A program made the position numbers and the translations under genes. The notes under the pieces are model-generated. The model was not told the origin of the DNA. It searched no databases and was given only the letters and a program-made list of their open reading frames with translations. DNA of 64,000 bases from Pristiophorus japonicus (taxonomy: Eukaryota), in the NCBI RefSeq assembly GCF_044704955.1, contig NC_091993.1, positions 21,762,001 through 21,826,000 on the forward strand, given 5' to 3'. Below are positions 1 to 11,856 of this stretch, piece after piece; the stretch's first letter is position 1; each line of letters starts with the position of its first letter.

Positions 1-3000
1 TCTGTTTGATGGTTTGTACTGCCCGCTCTGCCTGCCTCTTGGAGGCTGGTTTAAACGGGGCCGATGTGACATGTTTGATCCCATTGCGGGTCATGAATTC
101 TTTAAATTCGACACTGGTGAAACATGGCCTGTTGTCACTGACCAGTATGTCAGGCAGGCCATGGGTGGCAAACATGGCCCTTAGGCTTTCAATGGTGGTG
201 GTGGCAGTGATTCCCGACATTATTTCACATTCAATCTATTTTGAAAAAGCAGCCACCACCATCACCAGGAACATTTTACCAAGAAACGGGCCCGCATAGT
301 TAACATGGATCCTCGATCATGGTCTGGAGTGCCAGGACCACAAACTTAGTGGTGCCTCTCTGGGCGTGTTGCTCAACTGAGCACATACGTTGCATTGCCG
401 TACACAGGACGCTAAGTCAGAGTCGATACCGGGCCACCTCATGTGGGATCTGGCTATCGCTTTCATCATTACTATACCCGAGTGTGTGCTGTGGAGATCC
501 GAGACCCTTTTTTGGTAGCACAACGAGATTACCTCACAACAGGCAGTCTGCCTGAATGGACAATTCGTCCTTTCGCCGCTGGAACAGCTTGATTGACTCT
601 TGCATTTCAACGGGGATGCTGGCCCAGCTCCCATGCAGTACACAGTTTTTTTACTAGGGACAGCAGAGGATCTTGGCTGGCCCAAGTCCTAATCTGGCGG
701 GCTGTGACAGATGATTTATTATTTTCAAACGCTTCCATGACCATCAACAAGTCTGTGGGCTGCCCCACCATCACCAAGTTTGCAGGCTGCGCCATTTCCA
801 CCCCCGTGGTGGGCAATGGTAGCCGACTGAGAGCATCCGCACAGTTCTCGGTGCCTGGCCTGTGGCAGATGATATAGTTATACTCTGATAGCGTGAATGC
901 CCACCTTTGTATGCAGGCTGAGGCATTAGTATTTATCCCCTTGTTTTCAGCGAACAGGGATGTGAGGGGCTTGTGATCGGTTTCCAGCTCAAATTTGAGG
1001 CCAAACAGGTACTGATACATTTTCTTTACCCCGAACACACACGCGAATGCCTCTTTCTCAATCATGCTGTAGGCCCTCTCGGCCTTAGATAAGCTCCTGG
1101 AAGCGTAGGCGACAGGTTGCAACTTTTCCGCAATGTTAGCTTGTTGTAATACACACACGACTCCGTATGACGACGCGTCACATGCTAGCACAAGTCTGTT
1201 ACACGGGTTATACAATACAAGCAGCTTGTTGGAGCATAAAATGTTTCTGGCTTTCTCAAAAGCAATTGCTTGTTTTTTTTCCCCATACCCAATTCTCACC
1301 TTTGTGCAATAACACATGTAGGGGTTCTAAAAGGGTGCTTAACCCCGGTAGGAAGTTACCAAAATAATTGAGGAGTCCCAGGAACGACCGCAGCTCCGTG
1401 ACGTTTTGTGGCCTGGGCGCATTCCTGTTAGCCTCTGTCTTGGCGTCTGTGGGCCGAATGCCGTCCGCCACGATCTTTCTCCCCAAAAACTCCACTTCTG
1501 TTGCCATGAAGACAGATTTCGACCTGTTTAGCCGCAGCCCTACGCGATCCAGTCGCTGGAGGACCTCCTCCAGGTTTTGTAGGTGCTCGGCGGTGTCCCA
1601 ACCTGTGACCAATATGTCGTCCTGAAAGACCACCGTGTGTGGTACCGACTTGAGTAGGCTCTCCATGTTTCTCTGGAAGATCGCTACAGCCGACCGAATT
1701 CCAAACGGGCATCGGTTGTAGATGAACACCCTTGTGTGTGTTGATGCAGGTGAGGCCCTTCAAAGACTCCTCTAGCTCCTGCGTCATGTAGGCCGAAGTC
1801 AGGTCGAGCTTGGTGAAAGTCTTGCCTCCTGCCAGCATCGCATATAGGTCGCCTGCCTTAGGTAGCGAATATTGGTCCTGTAGCGAGAAACGATTCATAG
1901 TTACTTTATAATCGCCGCAAATCCTGACCACGCCATCACTTTTGAGTACTGGAACAATCGGGCTGGCCCACTCGCTGAATTGCACTGGGGAGATGATGCC
2001 CTCGCATTGCAGCCTGTCCAGCTCGATTTCCACTCTCTCCCTCATCATGTGAGGTACCGCCCGTGCCTTGTGGTGAATGGGTCGTGCCTCTGGGATCAAA
2101 TGGATCCGCACCTTCGCCCCAGAAAAGTTTCCAATGCCTGGCTCAAAAAGGGAAGGAAATTTGTTCAGAACTTGGGTACATGAGGCCTCATCGACATGTG
2201 ATAGCGCTCGGATGTCATCCCAGTTCCAGCGGATTTTGCCCAGCCAGCTCCTTCCAAGCAGTGTGGGGCCATCGCCCGGGACAATCCAGAGTGGCAGTTC
2301 GTGCACTGTGCCCTTGTAAGTGACCTTGACCATGGCGCTGCCCAGGACAGTAATAAGCTCTTTGGTGTATGTTTTCAGTTTCGTGTGGATGGGGCTCAGG
2401 GCTGGTCTGAATGCCTTGTTGCACCACAGTCTCTCAAACATCTTTTAACTCATGATGGATTGGCTAGCGCCAGTGTCCAGTTCCATGGCTACGGGTAAGC
2501 CATTCAATTTTACGTTTAGCATTATAGGTGGACATTTTGTCGAAAATGTGTGCAACCCATGTACTTCAGCATCTGCCTCCTCTCTCTGAGGCTCGAAATT
2601 GCTTTGATCCACCATGGGCCGATCTTCCTCTGCCACGTGGTGGTTAGCAGGTTTTGCAGAGCTTGCAAAACTCGTTGGAGGTGCCCCATTGTTCCACAGC
2701 TCTTGCAAACATACCCTTTGAAGCGGCATGAATAGGCTGAATGGAAGCCTCCACAACGCCAACAAGGTGTGAATTGCCTTGCATTCATCCTTTGTTGGGG
2801 ACTCTGAGTCATCAGGGTCACCTGAGGCCTGCTGGCAGTTGCAGACTCGTGGGTTCTGCCCTGTACATTTCTGCTCGCAAACACAGTTCCAGTTAATTTA
2901 TGAACATTGCTTGCATTTGTGTGCTGAGAGATTTGTTTGGTGTTATCACTGGTGGACATAAACGCCTGTGCTATCGCAATGGCCTTACTGAGGGTCAGTG

Positions 3001-3700
3001 TCTCTACAGTCAAAAGTTTTCATAGGATGGTCTCGTGGCCAATGCCCAGTACAAAAAAGTCTGTGAGCATTTGCTCCAGGTAGCCACGAAACTCACATTA
3101 TCCTGCAAGTCGCCTTAGCTCGGCAATGTAGCTCGCCACTTTCTGACCTTCAGATCGCTGGCACGTGTAGAACCGATACCTCGTCATTAGCACGCTCTCC
3201 CTCGGGTTAAGATGCTCCCAAACCAGTGTACACAGCTCCTCATATGACTTATCTGTGGGTTTCACTGGAGCCAGAAGATTCTTCATGAGGCTGTAGGTCG
3301 GTGCCCCACAGACCGTGATGAAGACCGCTCTCCTTTTTGCAGCGCTTCCTTCTCCGTTCAGCTCATTGGCTACAAAGTACTGGTCTCGCCATTCGACAGA
3401 GGCTTCCCAGTCCTCACCCTCCGAGAACTTCTCCAGGATGCCCGCAGTTTGCTGCATCTTTGCGTTAGATTCATATTCTCGTTGCCATTTATTGTGTTCC
3501 TAACACAGATGAGGCCGCACACAGGGAGGTTAAAGTAACAGTGACCCCAGTCTTTAATAAGACACTTCAGAGTGAGGAATAGCCCTTAGGGGCCGGCTTA
3601 TATACAGTGCTCCCAAGGGATGCTGGGCTCCCTTGGGACTTCAGTGGATGAGCTCCCTGGTGGTGGAACATGGGAGTGCATGCTTTACAGATACACAACA
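1..3700 (-). mobile_element. Gypsy (Mag-like) LTR retrotransposon copy 1, decayed, 3' end outside window
   Basis: Minus-strand ORF pieces in the order gag (3098-3457, 2522-3013, two CCHC knuckles), protease (MELDTGAS), RT (VVFQDDIL), RNase H (LACDASSYG, ETDHKPL), integrase (HSGIVMMK..CNVC). Several frameshifts and stops. 5' LTR at 3490-3700, PBS TGGCAACGAG at 3478-3487. Confidence 0.95.
3490..3700 (-). repeat. 5' LTR (type A) of Gypsy copy 1
   Basis: Minus strand starts TGTTGTGTATCTG, has a TATA-like TATATAA, and is followed by the PBS. Matches the LTR at 22809-23018. Confidence 0.9.
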
Positions 3701-3754
3701 ACATGAATGAGTATTTAACTCTTTGATGGGAGTTTGATTGAGGGAGGATTAGTG

Positions 3755-3960
3755 GGAGAATTCCCTGCTCTTTAAAAAGTGCTAACCTGAACCACTGGAA
3801 CAGGGCAGACAGGGTCTCAGCTTAGTAACCCACCTGAAGATTAGCACCTCCAAAAGATGGCGTCAGCTCCCTCAATACTGCACTGAACTGTGACTTTAGA
3901 TTATTTGCTCATGTCTTGGACTGGGGCTTCAACCTACAGCTTCTGATTTTCAGGCAAGAG
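3755..3960 (-). mobile_element. Degenerate Deu-domain SINE fragment
   Basis: Reverse-complement similarity to the fuller copies at 12291-12730 and 20444-20880. Confidence 0.55.
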
Positions 3961-4297
3961 TCAAGGGACCGGTTGCCTTCAGGAACTGCAGGACAACTTG
4001 TGTTCATTTGGTCCAATAAATAGTTGGGGAGTGCCAGAACTTCCATTCAACACCACTGGTGCGCAATGCTCTCTGCGAGGGGTGTCAGGTCAGTAAATTA
4101 GCCCTCATTTCCCCACTTTAAATCATTCCATTGTTTTGAAGATGCAACTATAATCTTTATTTGCTGTTAAGTCTCTGTACTCTGAAACTTCCTCCTCCAC
4201 CTCTCTGCCTGGCCTTCAAATACCTTTTAGGAACCCTCCTCTTTGACCACATTTTTGGCTCTTCCTCGACCTCCCGTATCCCGACATCCCGAGCTCA

Positions 4298-4600
4298 ATC
4301 ATCATCATCGGCAGTCCCTCGGAATCGAGGAAGACTCGCTTCCACTCTTAAAATGAGTCCTTAGGTGGCTAAACAGTCCAATACGAGAGCCACAGTCCCT
4401 GTCACAGGTGGATCAGATAGTCGTTGAGGGAGAGGGTGGGTGGGACAGGTTTGCCGCACGCTCTTTCCACTGCCTGTGCTTGATTTCAGCATGCTCTCGG
4501 CGATGAGACTCAAGGTGCTCAGCGCCCTCCCGGATGCACTTTCTCCACTTTGGCCAGCGACTCCCAGGTGTCAGTGGGTATGTTGCACTCTATTAAGGAG
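4298..4600 (-). mobile_element. RTE-clade (BovB-like) LINE 3' end
   Basis: Minus strand encodes the C-terminal zinc finger [18 protein letters not shown], followed by a short 3' UTR and a (GAT)n tail. Confidence 0.8.
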
Positions 4601-5159
4601 GCAATATCCACCCACTGTCCTCCGCCCTGTAAAGCGCTCTGAGATTTCCCCGATGTATACAATGAATGCTATTGAAATGTATGTGCATCTTAGCAGCGGA
4701 TGAGGGATTACCCAAGGTTACACAAGGCCAAGTTTTAACTCATTTTTTCACTTGGGCTATCCATCACTCCAGTGCTAGGATTGTCAATGCTAATGCCACC
4801 TGTGCTGACTGACAATGGAAACAGATAACAGGCTTAGGTTGAGAGCCGTCTAACTACCTCAAAAGACGCACATGTAATTGAACAAATATTAGAAGCATGT
4901 AGCCGGAAATTAAAAATAAAACGCAGAATCTCCACCCTTCTTCTCTGTACTCCACCTGAGTACAGAGAAGATTAGCAGTAGGTGTGTATAATTGGCCTCA
5001 AAACTTGCTAGACTTGATGGGCAAAGAAAATCTGCCAGGTTGCCGCTGCTGATCATTATCCACAGAGCCCTGATGAAAGTACAAGGGTGGAAATCGAGCG
5101 GAAAAAGGATCAGCCTCGGTTGAAATCTCCACCCTGTGACAGAGTGTTGAAAGACGAGG

Positions 5160-5690
5160 TTTAAAAGAACACGCATTTATACAGCACCTTTCATGATCTC
5201 AGAACATCCCAAAGCGCTTGTCAGCCGAGTAAGCACTTTTGAAGTGAGGTCATTTTTGTAACATAAGGGAACATGGCAGCCGACTTGTGCACAGCAAGCT
5301 CCCACAAACAGCAATGAGATAAATGGCCAGCTCATCTGTTTTAGTGACGTTGGTTGAGGTATAAATATTGGTCAAGGCACTGTGAGAACTCTCTGCTCCT
5401 CTTCAAATAGTGCCATGAGATATTTTGCATTCAACTGAGAGGGCAGTGGGGCCTTGGTTTAATATCTCATCCCTCAGTACCAATGTGCCCTGTCATTTTT
5501 TGGCGGGGGTGCGTGGCCCATTCGAATCTCCACGCATGCGCAGTTTTTTCCATTGGAAAGGCGGCAAGCACCCTGCGCGGAATCTCCAGACCACTGTGTG
5601 GCTGCGTGGAACCTTGCTGAGCACGGCACTCAAAGTGTCAGCCTAGATTATGTGCTCAAATCTCTGGACTGACAATTGAACCCATGCTCC
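5160..5690 (-). mobile_element. Deu-domain (SacSINE1-like) tRNA-derived SINE interrupted by a hAT MITE
   Basis: Reverse complement of the Deu core (ATAGTGCCATG..., GGCCTTGGTTTAA) with an L2-type tail; split at 5481-5616. Confidence 0.75.
5481..5616. mobile_element. hAT-type MITE (CAATGTTCCC family)
   Basis: Ends CAATGTGCCC / GGAACCTTG; 8-bp TSD CTCAGTAC / CTGAGCAC. Confidence 0.75.
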
Positions 5691-5757
5691 TATAACCCTT
5701 TATTCCCTTTTTGTCCAACCACCTATCTAATCTATTCTTAAATCTTGACATGGTATC

Positions 5758-8700
5758 TGCTTTATATGTACACTTGTATTTACTCTGTACAGCCACCAGA
5801 GGGCTCATCCCCTGGAGTTCCAAGAGATCCCATAATTCCTTGGGAGCATAGGTATTTAAGGAGGCTTCACAGGTTGGAGACGCACTCTGGAGACCTGCAA
5901 TAAAAGACTAAGGTCACACTTTACTTTGAGCTCACAGTGTTCAGTCTGACTCTTTCTCCATACACAACAACTGGCGACGAGATACAGATAGCGAACTCAA
6001 AGATGCAGAGAACAGTGGGCATCCTGGAGAAATTCTCAGAGGGAGATGATTGGGAAACTTTTGTGGAGCGACTCGACCAATACTTCGTGGCCAACGAGCT
6101 AGATGGGGAAGAGAACGCTGCCAAACGAAAGGCAATCCTCCTCACCGTCTGTAGGGCACCAACGTATGGCCTCATGAAGAATCTGCTCACTCCAGCGAAA
6201 CCCGCGGAGAAATCGTACGACGATTTGTGCACACTGGTCCGAGAGCATTTGAACCCTAAGGAAAGCGTTCTGATGGCGAGGTACCGGTTCTGCACCTACA
6301 AAAGGTCTGAAGGCCAGGAAGTGGCGAGTTATGTCATCGAGCTAAGACGCCTTCCAGGACATTGCGAATTTGAAGGACATTTGGAGCACATGCTCAAAGA
6401 CTTTTTCGTACTTGGCATTGGCCACGAAACCATACTTCACAAACTTTTGACTGTAGAGACCCCAACCTTGGGTACGGTCATAGCGATAGCCCAGGCGTTC
6501 ATTGCCACCAGTGACAATACTAAGCAAATCTCTCAGCACACAAATGTTGCTACAAGTACTGTGAACAAAGTGATGTTGTTTTCGAATTGTAACGCACAGG
6601 GCAGTTCACACATATCTGCAGCTACACGTCCGCAGATGTCGGAGTCCACCATCAAGGGTGATGAATGCAAGGCCATCAACACCTTGTTGGTGCTGCGGGG
6701 GTGATTATCGTTTCCATTCATGCCGATTCAAAGAGTACGTTTGCAAGGGCTGTGGAACAATGGGACGCCTCCAACAAGTGTGCAGGCGAGTTGCAAAGCC
6801 TGCTAAACCTGCAAACCACCATGTTGCAGAGGAGGACAGATCCAAAGATGATCACAACAAACCAGAGCCTCAGATTGAGGAGGCAGAGGTACATGGGGTG
6901 CACACATTCACCACGAATTGTCCCCCGATAATGCTGAATGTTGAATTAACTGGACTCCCGGTGTCAATGGAGCTGAACACGGGCACGAGCCAGTCCATCA
7001 TGGGTAAAAAGGCCTTCAAAAGGTTGTGGTGCAACAAGGCCTCAAGGCCAGTCTTAACTCCAGTTCGCACGAAACTAAGAACTTACACGAAAGAGCTGAT
7101 TCCTGTAATTGGCAGTGCTACCGTAAAGGTCTCCTACGATGGAGCTGTGCACAAGCTACCACTCTGGGTGGTACCGGGCGATGGTCCCACGCTGCTCAGC
7201 AGGAACTGGCTGGGAAAGATAAACTGGAACTGGGATGACGTCTGAGCGCTATCGCCCACTGACGACACTTCATGTGCCCAGGTCTTAAACAAATTTCCTT
7301 CGCTGTTCGAACCAGGCATTGGGAAATTCCAAGGAGCAAAAGTGCAGATCCACCTAATTCCGGGGGCGCGACCCGTCCATCACAAGGCGAGGGCAGTACC
7401 GTACATATGAGAGAAAGGGTAGAGATCGAGCTAGACCGGCTGCAAAGAGAGGGTATCATTTCCCCAATCGAGTTCAACGAATGGGCCAGTCCTATTGTCC
7501 CAGTCCTCAAGGGAGAAGGCACCGTCAGAATCTGTGGCGATTACAAAGTAACTATCAATTATTTCTCCCTGAAGGTCCAATACCCACTACCAAAGGCTGA
7601 CGACCTCTTTGCAACGCTGGCGGGAGGAAAGATGTTCACGAAGCTGGATCTGACTTCAGCCTACATGACACAGGAACTGGAGGAATCATTGAAGGCCCTC
7701 ACCTGCATCAACACGCACAAAGATCTTTTTGTTTATAACAGAAGCCCGTTTGGAATTCGATCGGCGGCAGTGATATTCCAGAGAAACATGGAAAGCTTAC
7801 TGAAGTAGGTCCCGCTCACCGTGGTCTTCCAGGATGACATCTTGGTCACAGGTCGGAACACAATCGAGCACCTGCAGAACCTGGAGGAGGTTCTTAGTTG
7901 ATTCAACCGCGTGGGGCTCAGGTTAACACGCTCAAAGTGCATTTTCCTGGTGCCTGAAGTGGAGTTCCTGGGAAGGAGGATTGCGGCGGACAGCATCAGG
8001 ACCACCAACGCGAAGACGGAGGCAATTGAGAATGCACGAGACCACAGAACTTGATGGAGTTGCGGTCATTTCTGGGACTCCTGAACTACTTTGGTAACTT
8101 CTTACCGGGTCTCAGCACACTGTTAGAACCACTGCATGTCTTACTACGAAAAGGGGATGAATAGGTTTGGGGCAAAAGCCAAGAAAATGCCTTTGTAAAA
8201 GCGAGAAAATTGTTATTCTCAAACAAATTGCTTCTGTTGTATGATCCACGTAAGCGTTTGGTATTAACATGTGATGCGTCGTCATATGGCATCGGGTGTG
8301 TATTGCAACAAGCTAATGATTTCGGGAAACTGCAACCGGTTGCTTCTGCATCCAAGAGTCTGTCTAAGGCTGAGAGAGCCTACAGCATGATTGAGAAAGA
8401 AGCATTAGCGTGTGTCTATGGGGTAAAGAAAATGCATCAATACCTGTTGAGCTAAAATTCAAATTGGAAACTGACCATAAGCCACTTATATCCCTGTTCT
8501 CCAAGGGATAAATACCAATGCATCGGCCCGCATCCAGAGATGGGCGCTCACGTTGTCTGCATACAACTAGGCCATCTTCCACAGGCCAGGCACAGAAAAC
8601 TGCTCCGATGCTCTCAATAGGCTGCCATTGCCCACCATGGGTGTGGAAATGGCGCAGCCCGCAGATCTAGCCATGGTTATGGAAGCATTTGAGAGTGAGC

Positions 8701-10321
8701 AATCACCTGTCACTGCCCGGCAGATCAAAACCTGGACAAGCCAGGACCCCTTATTAGCTCTTGTCAAAAGCTGTGTGCTTCAAAGGAGCTGTGTCCCAGT
8801 GGAAATGCAGGAAGAGATAAAGCCGTTCCAGCGGCGCAAAGATTAAATGTCTATACAGACACACTGCCTTCTGTGGGACAATCGAGTAGTGGTCCCCAAG
8901 AAGGGCAGAGACACCTTGATCAATGACCTCCACAGTACCCACCTAGGCATCGTAATGATGAAAGCGATAGCCAGATCTCACGTGTGGTGGCCCGGTATCG
9001 ATGCAGACTTAGAGACCTGCGTTCACAGATGTAATACATGCTCGCAGTTAAGCAATGTACCCATGGAGGCGCCACTAAGTTTATGGTCTTGGCCCTCCAA
9101 ACCGTGGTCTAGTGTACACGTCGACTATGCAGGTCCGTTCTTGGGTAAAATGTTCCTTGTGGTTGTAGACGCGTACTCCAAGTGGATTGAATGTGAGATA
9201 ATGTCGGCTAGCACGTCCGCTGCCACTACTGAACACCTGCGGGCCATGTTTGCCACACATGGCCTACCCGGTGAGGTCCTGGTGAGCGACAATGGGCCAT
9301 GTTTTACCAGTGCTGAGTTCAAAGAATTCATGACCCGTAACGGGATCAAACATGTCACATCTGCCCCGTTTAAACCAGCGACCAATGGTCAGGCAGAGAG
9401 AGCAGTGCAAACCATCAAGCAAGGCTTGACGAGGGTAACTGAAGGCTCACTGCAGACTCGCCTATCCCGAGTCCTGTTTAGCTACTGCACGAAACCCCAC
9501 TCACTCACTAGGATCCCACCTGCTGAAATGCTCATGAAAAGAGCACTTAAGACAAGGCTCTCGTTAGTTCACCCTGATCTACATGAACAGGTAGAGAGCA
9601 GGTGGCTTCAACAACGTGCATGCCATGATAGCGTAAATGTGTCACGTGAGATTGAAATCAATGATCCTGTATTTGTATTAAATTATGGACAAGGTCCCAA
9701 GTGGCTTCCCGGCACTGTTGTGGCCAAAGAGGGGAGTAGGGTGTTTCGGGTCAAATTTTCAAATGGACTCATTCACCGGAAACACTTGGACCAAATCAAA
9801 CTCAGATTCACGGACTATCCTGAGCAACCCACCTTGGACCCTACCTTTTTTGATCCCCCAACATACACACCAGTGGCAACCGGCACCACGGTTGACCACG
9901 AAGCAGAACCCATCATCCACAGCAGCCCAGCAGGGCCCAACACACCAAGCAGCCCAACAAGGCCAGCTGCACAGCAGCCCAGCGAGGGTCCAACAAATGA
10001 TTCAACAACACCAGCTTTCACACCGAGACGAACAACCAGGGCAAGAAGAGCCCCAGATCGACTCACATTGTAAATAGTTACACTATTGACTTTGGGGGGG
10101 GAAGAGTGTTGTTATATATGTATACTTGCATTTACTCTGTACAGCCACCAGAGGGCTCATCCCCTGGAGTTCCATGGGATCCCACAATCCCTTGGCAGCA
10201 CAGGTATTTAAGGAGGCTTCACAGGTTGGAGAAGCACTCTGGAGACCTGCAATAAAAGACTACAGTCACACTTTACTTTAAGCTCACAGTGTTCAGTCTG
10301 ACTCTTTCTCCATCCACAACA
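5758..10321 (+). mobile_element. Full-length Gypsy (Mag-like) LTR retrotransposon copy 2, inactivated
   Basis: 212-bp LTRs at 5758-5969 and 10110-10321 (TG...ACA; ~15 mismatches by hand count). PBS TGGCGACGAG at 5972, complementary to the tRNA-Ser(GCT) 3' end. [16 protein letters not shown] at 10094-10106. TSD GTATC/GTGTC. Confidence 0.97.
6003..10073 (+). pseudogene. Gypsy gag-pol pseudogene (gag, PR, RT, RNase H, IN)
   Basis: gag starts MQRTVGILEKFSEG. Protease D>N (ELNTGTS). RT WASPIVPV...FQDD. RNase H TCDASSYG. The integrase ORF 8847-10073 is still open, with HHCC and D(HVDYAGP), D(SDNGP), E(QAERAV). Stops and frameshifts upstream. Confidence 0.93.
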
Positions 10322-10446
10322 GTGTCTGCTTCAACAACAACAACAAAAACAAACTCTGGTAATACATTCTGCAGCCTCACAACTCTCAGTGCAAGGAAGT
10401 TCATCTTGCTCTCTGTCCTAATTCTCCTACAATTAATCTATTGAGG

Positions 10447-11105
10447 AGGAGGGGGAAATTGCACAGCGCCCCGTTTGGGAGCGGTAACAACGGTGAGGCC
10501 CGATTTCCAGTGCAAGGCGCGCAAGTCCCGCACTGCGACCTAAATTCAGGTTACTGCCCACGAGAATAAGTGGAGCGCAAAATAACGTGCTCCACTTGCT
10601 CTGTGGGGCGCGAGCAGGGCGGAAGGAATCTAAACGGGGCGAAGCGCTGGGACGCGTAGCGCTGCCACGTAAAAAGGGCCCTCTCCTTAATTAAAGGGGA
10701 CGGCTAAGCTGCCAACTCTGCAGGTCCTTACCTGGAGCACCAGGGAGCGGGGTGCCGTGGAATTAGCCCAGCACGAAAGAGGAGTGCCGGGCCGCAATAT
10801 CGCAGCACGGACCCCGTGATCCACCTTGCAGCAAGCCGCATCCAGTAAATTGGGCCGATTTTTTTTTTAGTGCCACCTCCCCGGAGCTGTCGCTGACATC
10901 GCCCGCCGCAGATTCAGGGGGCGCTCCCAAAATTTAGCTCTGGGGCAAAAACGGGTTTCTGCGCACGGTGATGATATCGTGCGCCACCGCTAAACTCCCA
11001 CAGCATATCGCGGGCATCGTTAGCGGCGCTGCGCCTGGGCAAAAAGTCATCAGCTCCTCCAGGGGGTGCTAACGTGAGGCGCAAACACCCCGAATTTCCC
11101 CCCCT
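10447..11105. mobile_element. GC-rich non-autonomous DNA transposon (PIF/Harbinger-like MITE)
   Basis: Terminal inverted repeats AGGAGGGGGAAATT / AATTTCCCCCCCT. CpG-rich, no long ORF. Interrupts an old minus-strand CR1 fragment. Confidence 0.65.
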
Positions 11106-11154
11106 AATTCTATGTCCACTTGTTCTAGACCCTGATTCACCACAAGTTAGAAAT

Positions 11155-11218
11155 GGTCAGTTAGCTCAGATGGTTAGCGCATGGTGCTAATAATGCCAAG
11201 GTTCAATCCCTATCCTGA
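11155..11218 (+). pseudogene. tRNA-Ile(AAT)-derived pseudogene or SINE head
   Basis: GGTCAGTTAGCTCAGATGGTTAGCGCATGGTGCTAATAATGCCAAGGTTCAATCCC aligns with vertebrate tRNA-Ile(AAT) but has a short deletion before the T-loop and no 3' acceptor stem. Confidence 0.7.
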
Positions 11219-11267
11219 TGAGCTGCGCTGTTTACTGCTACTTTGCCCGAAGGACTGCGAATATTTA

Positions 11268-11856
11268 AGTTATGATGAACCTGTATAAAACACTGGTTCG
11301 GCCTCAACTGGAGTATTGTGTCCAATTCTGGGCACCGCACTTTAGGAAGGATGTGAAGGCCTTCGAGAGGGTGCACAAAAGATTTACGAGAATGGTTCCA
11401 GGGATGAGGGACTTTGGTTACGTGGGTAGACTGGAGAAGCTGGGGTTGTTCTCCTTGGAGCAGAGAAGGTTGAGAGGAGATTTGATTGAGGTGTTTACAA
11501 TCATGAGGGGTCTGGACAGAGTAGATAGAGAGAAACTGTTCCCATTGGCGAAAGGGTCGAGAACCAGAGGACACAGATTTAAGGTGATTGGCAGAAGAGC
11601 CAAAGGCGACATGAGGAAAAACTTGTTTTTCGCAGCGAGTGGCTAGGATCTGGAATGCATTACCTGAGAGGGTGGTGGAGGCAGATTCATTTGTGGCTTT
11701 CAAAAGGAAATTGGATAAGTTACTGAAGTAAAAAAAATTGCAGGGCTATGTGGAAAGAGCAGGGGAGTGGGTCTAACTGAAGTACTTTTGCAGAGAATCG
11801 ACACAGGTTCGACAGGCCGAATGGCCTCCTTCTATGCTTTAACCATTCTATGATTC
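11268..11856 (+). mobile_element. CR1 LINE 3' fragment
   Basis: ORF 11272-11646 LYKTLVRPQLEYCVQFWAP...[11 protein letters not shown] is the CR1 ORF2 C-terminus; ATTCTATGATTCT tail. Confidence 0.9.

Noticed and set aside
8847-10073. Domesticated integrase gene
   Set aside because: It lies within an LTR-bounded element decayed elsewhere, and an open stretch this long is plausible by chance.
11155-11218. Functional tRNA-Ile gene
   Set aside because: Deletion before the T-loop and no 3' acceptor stem, so the cloverleaf cannot form.
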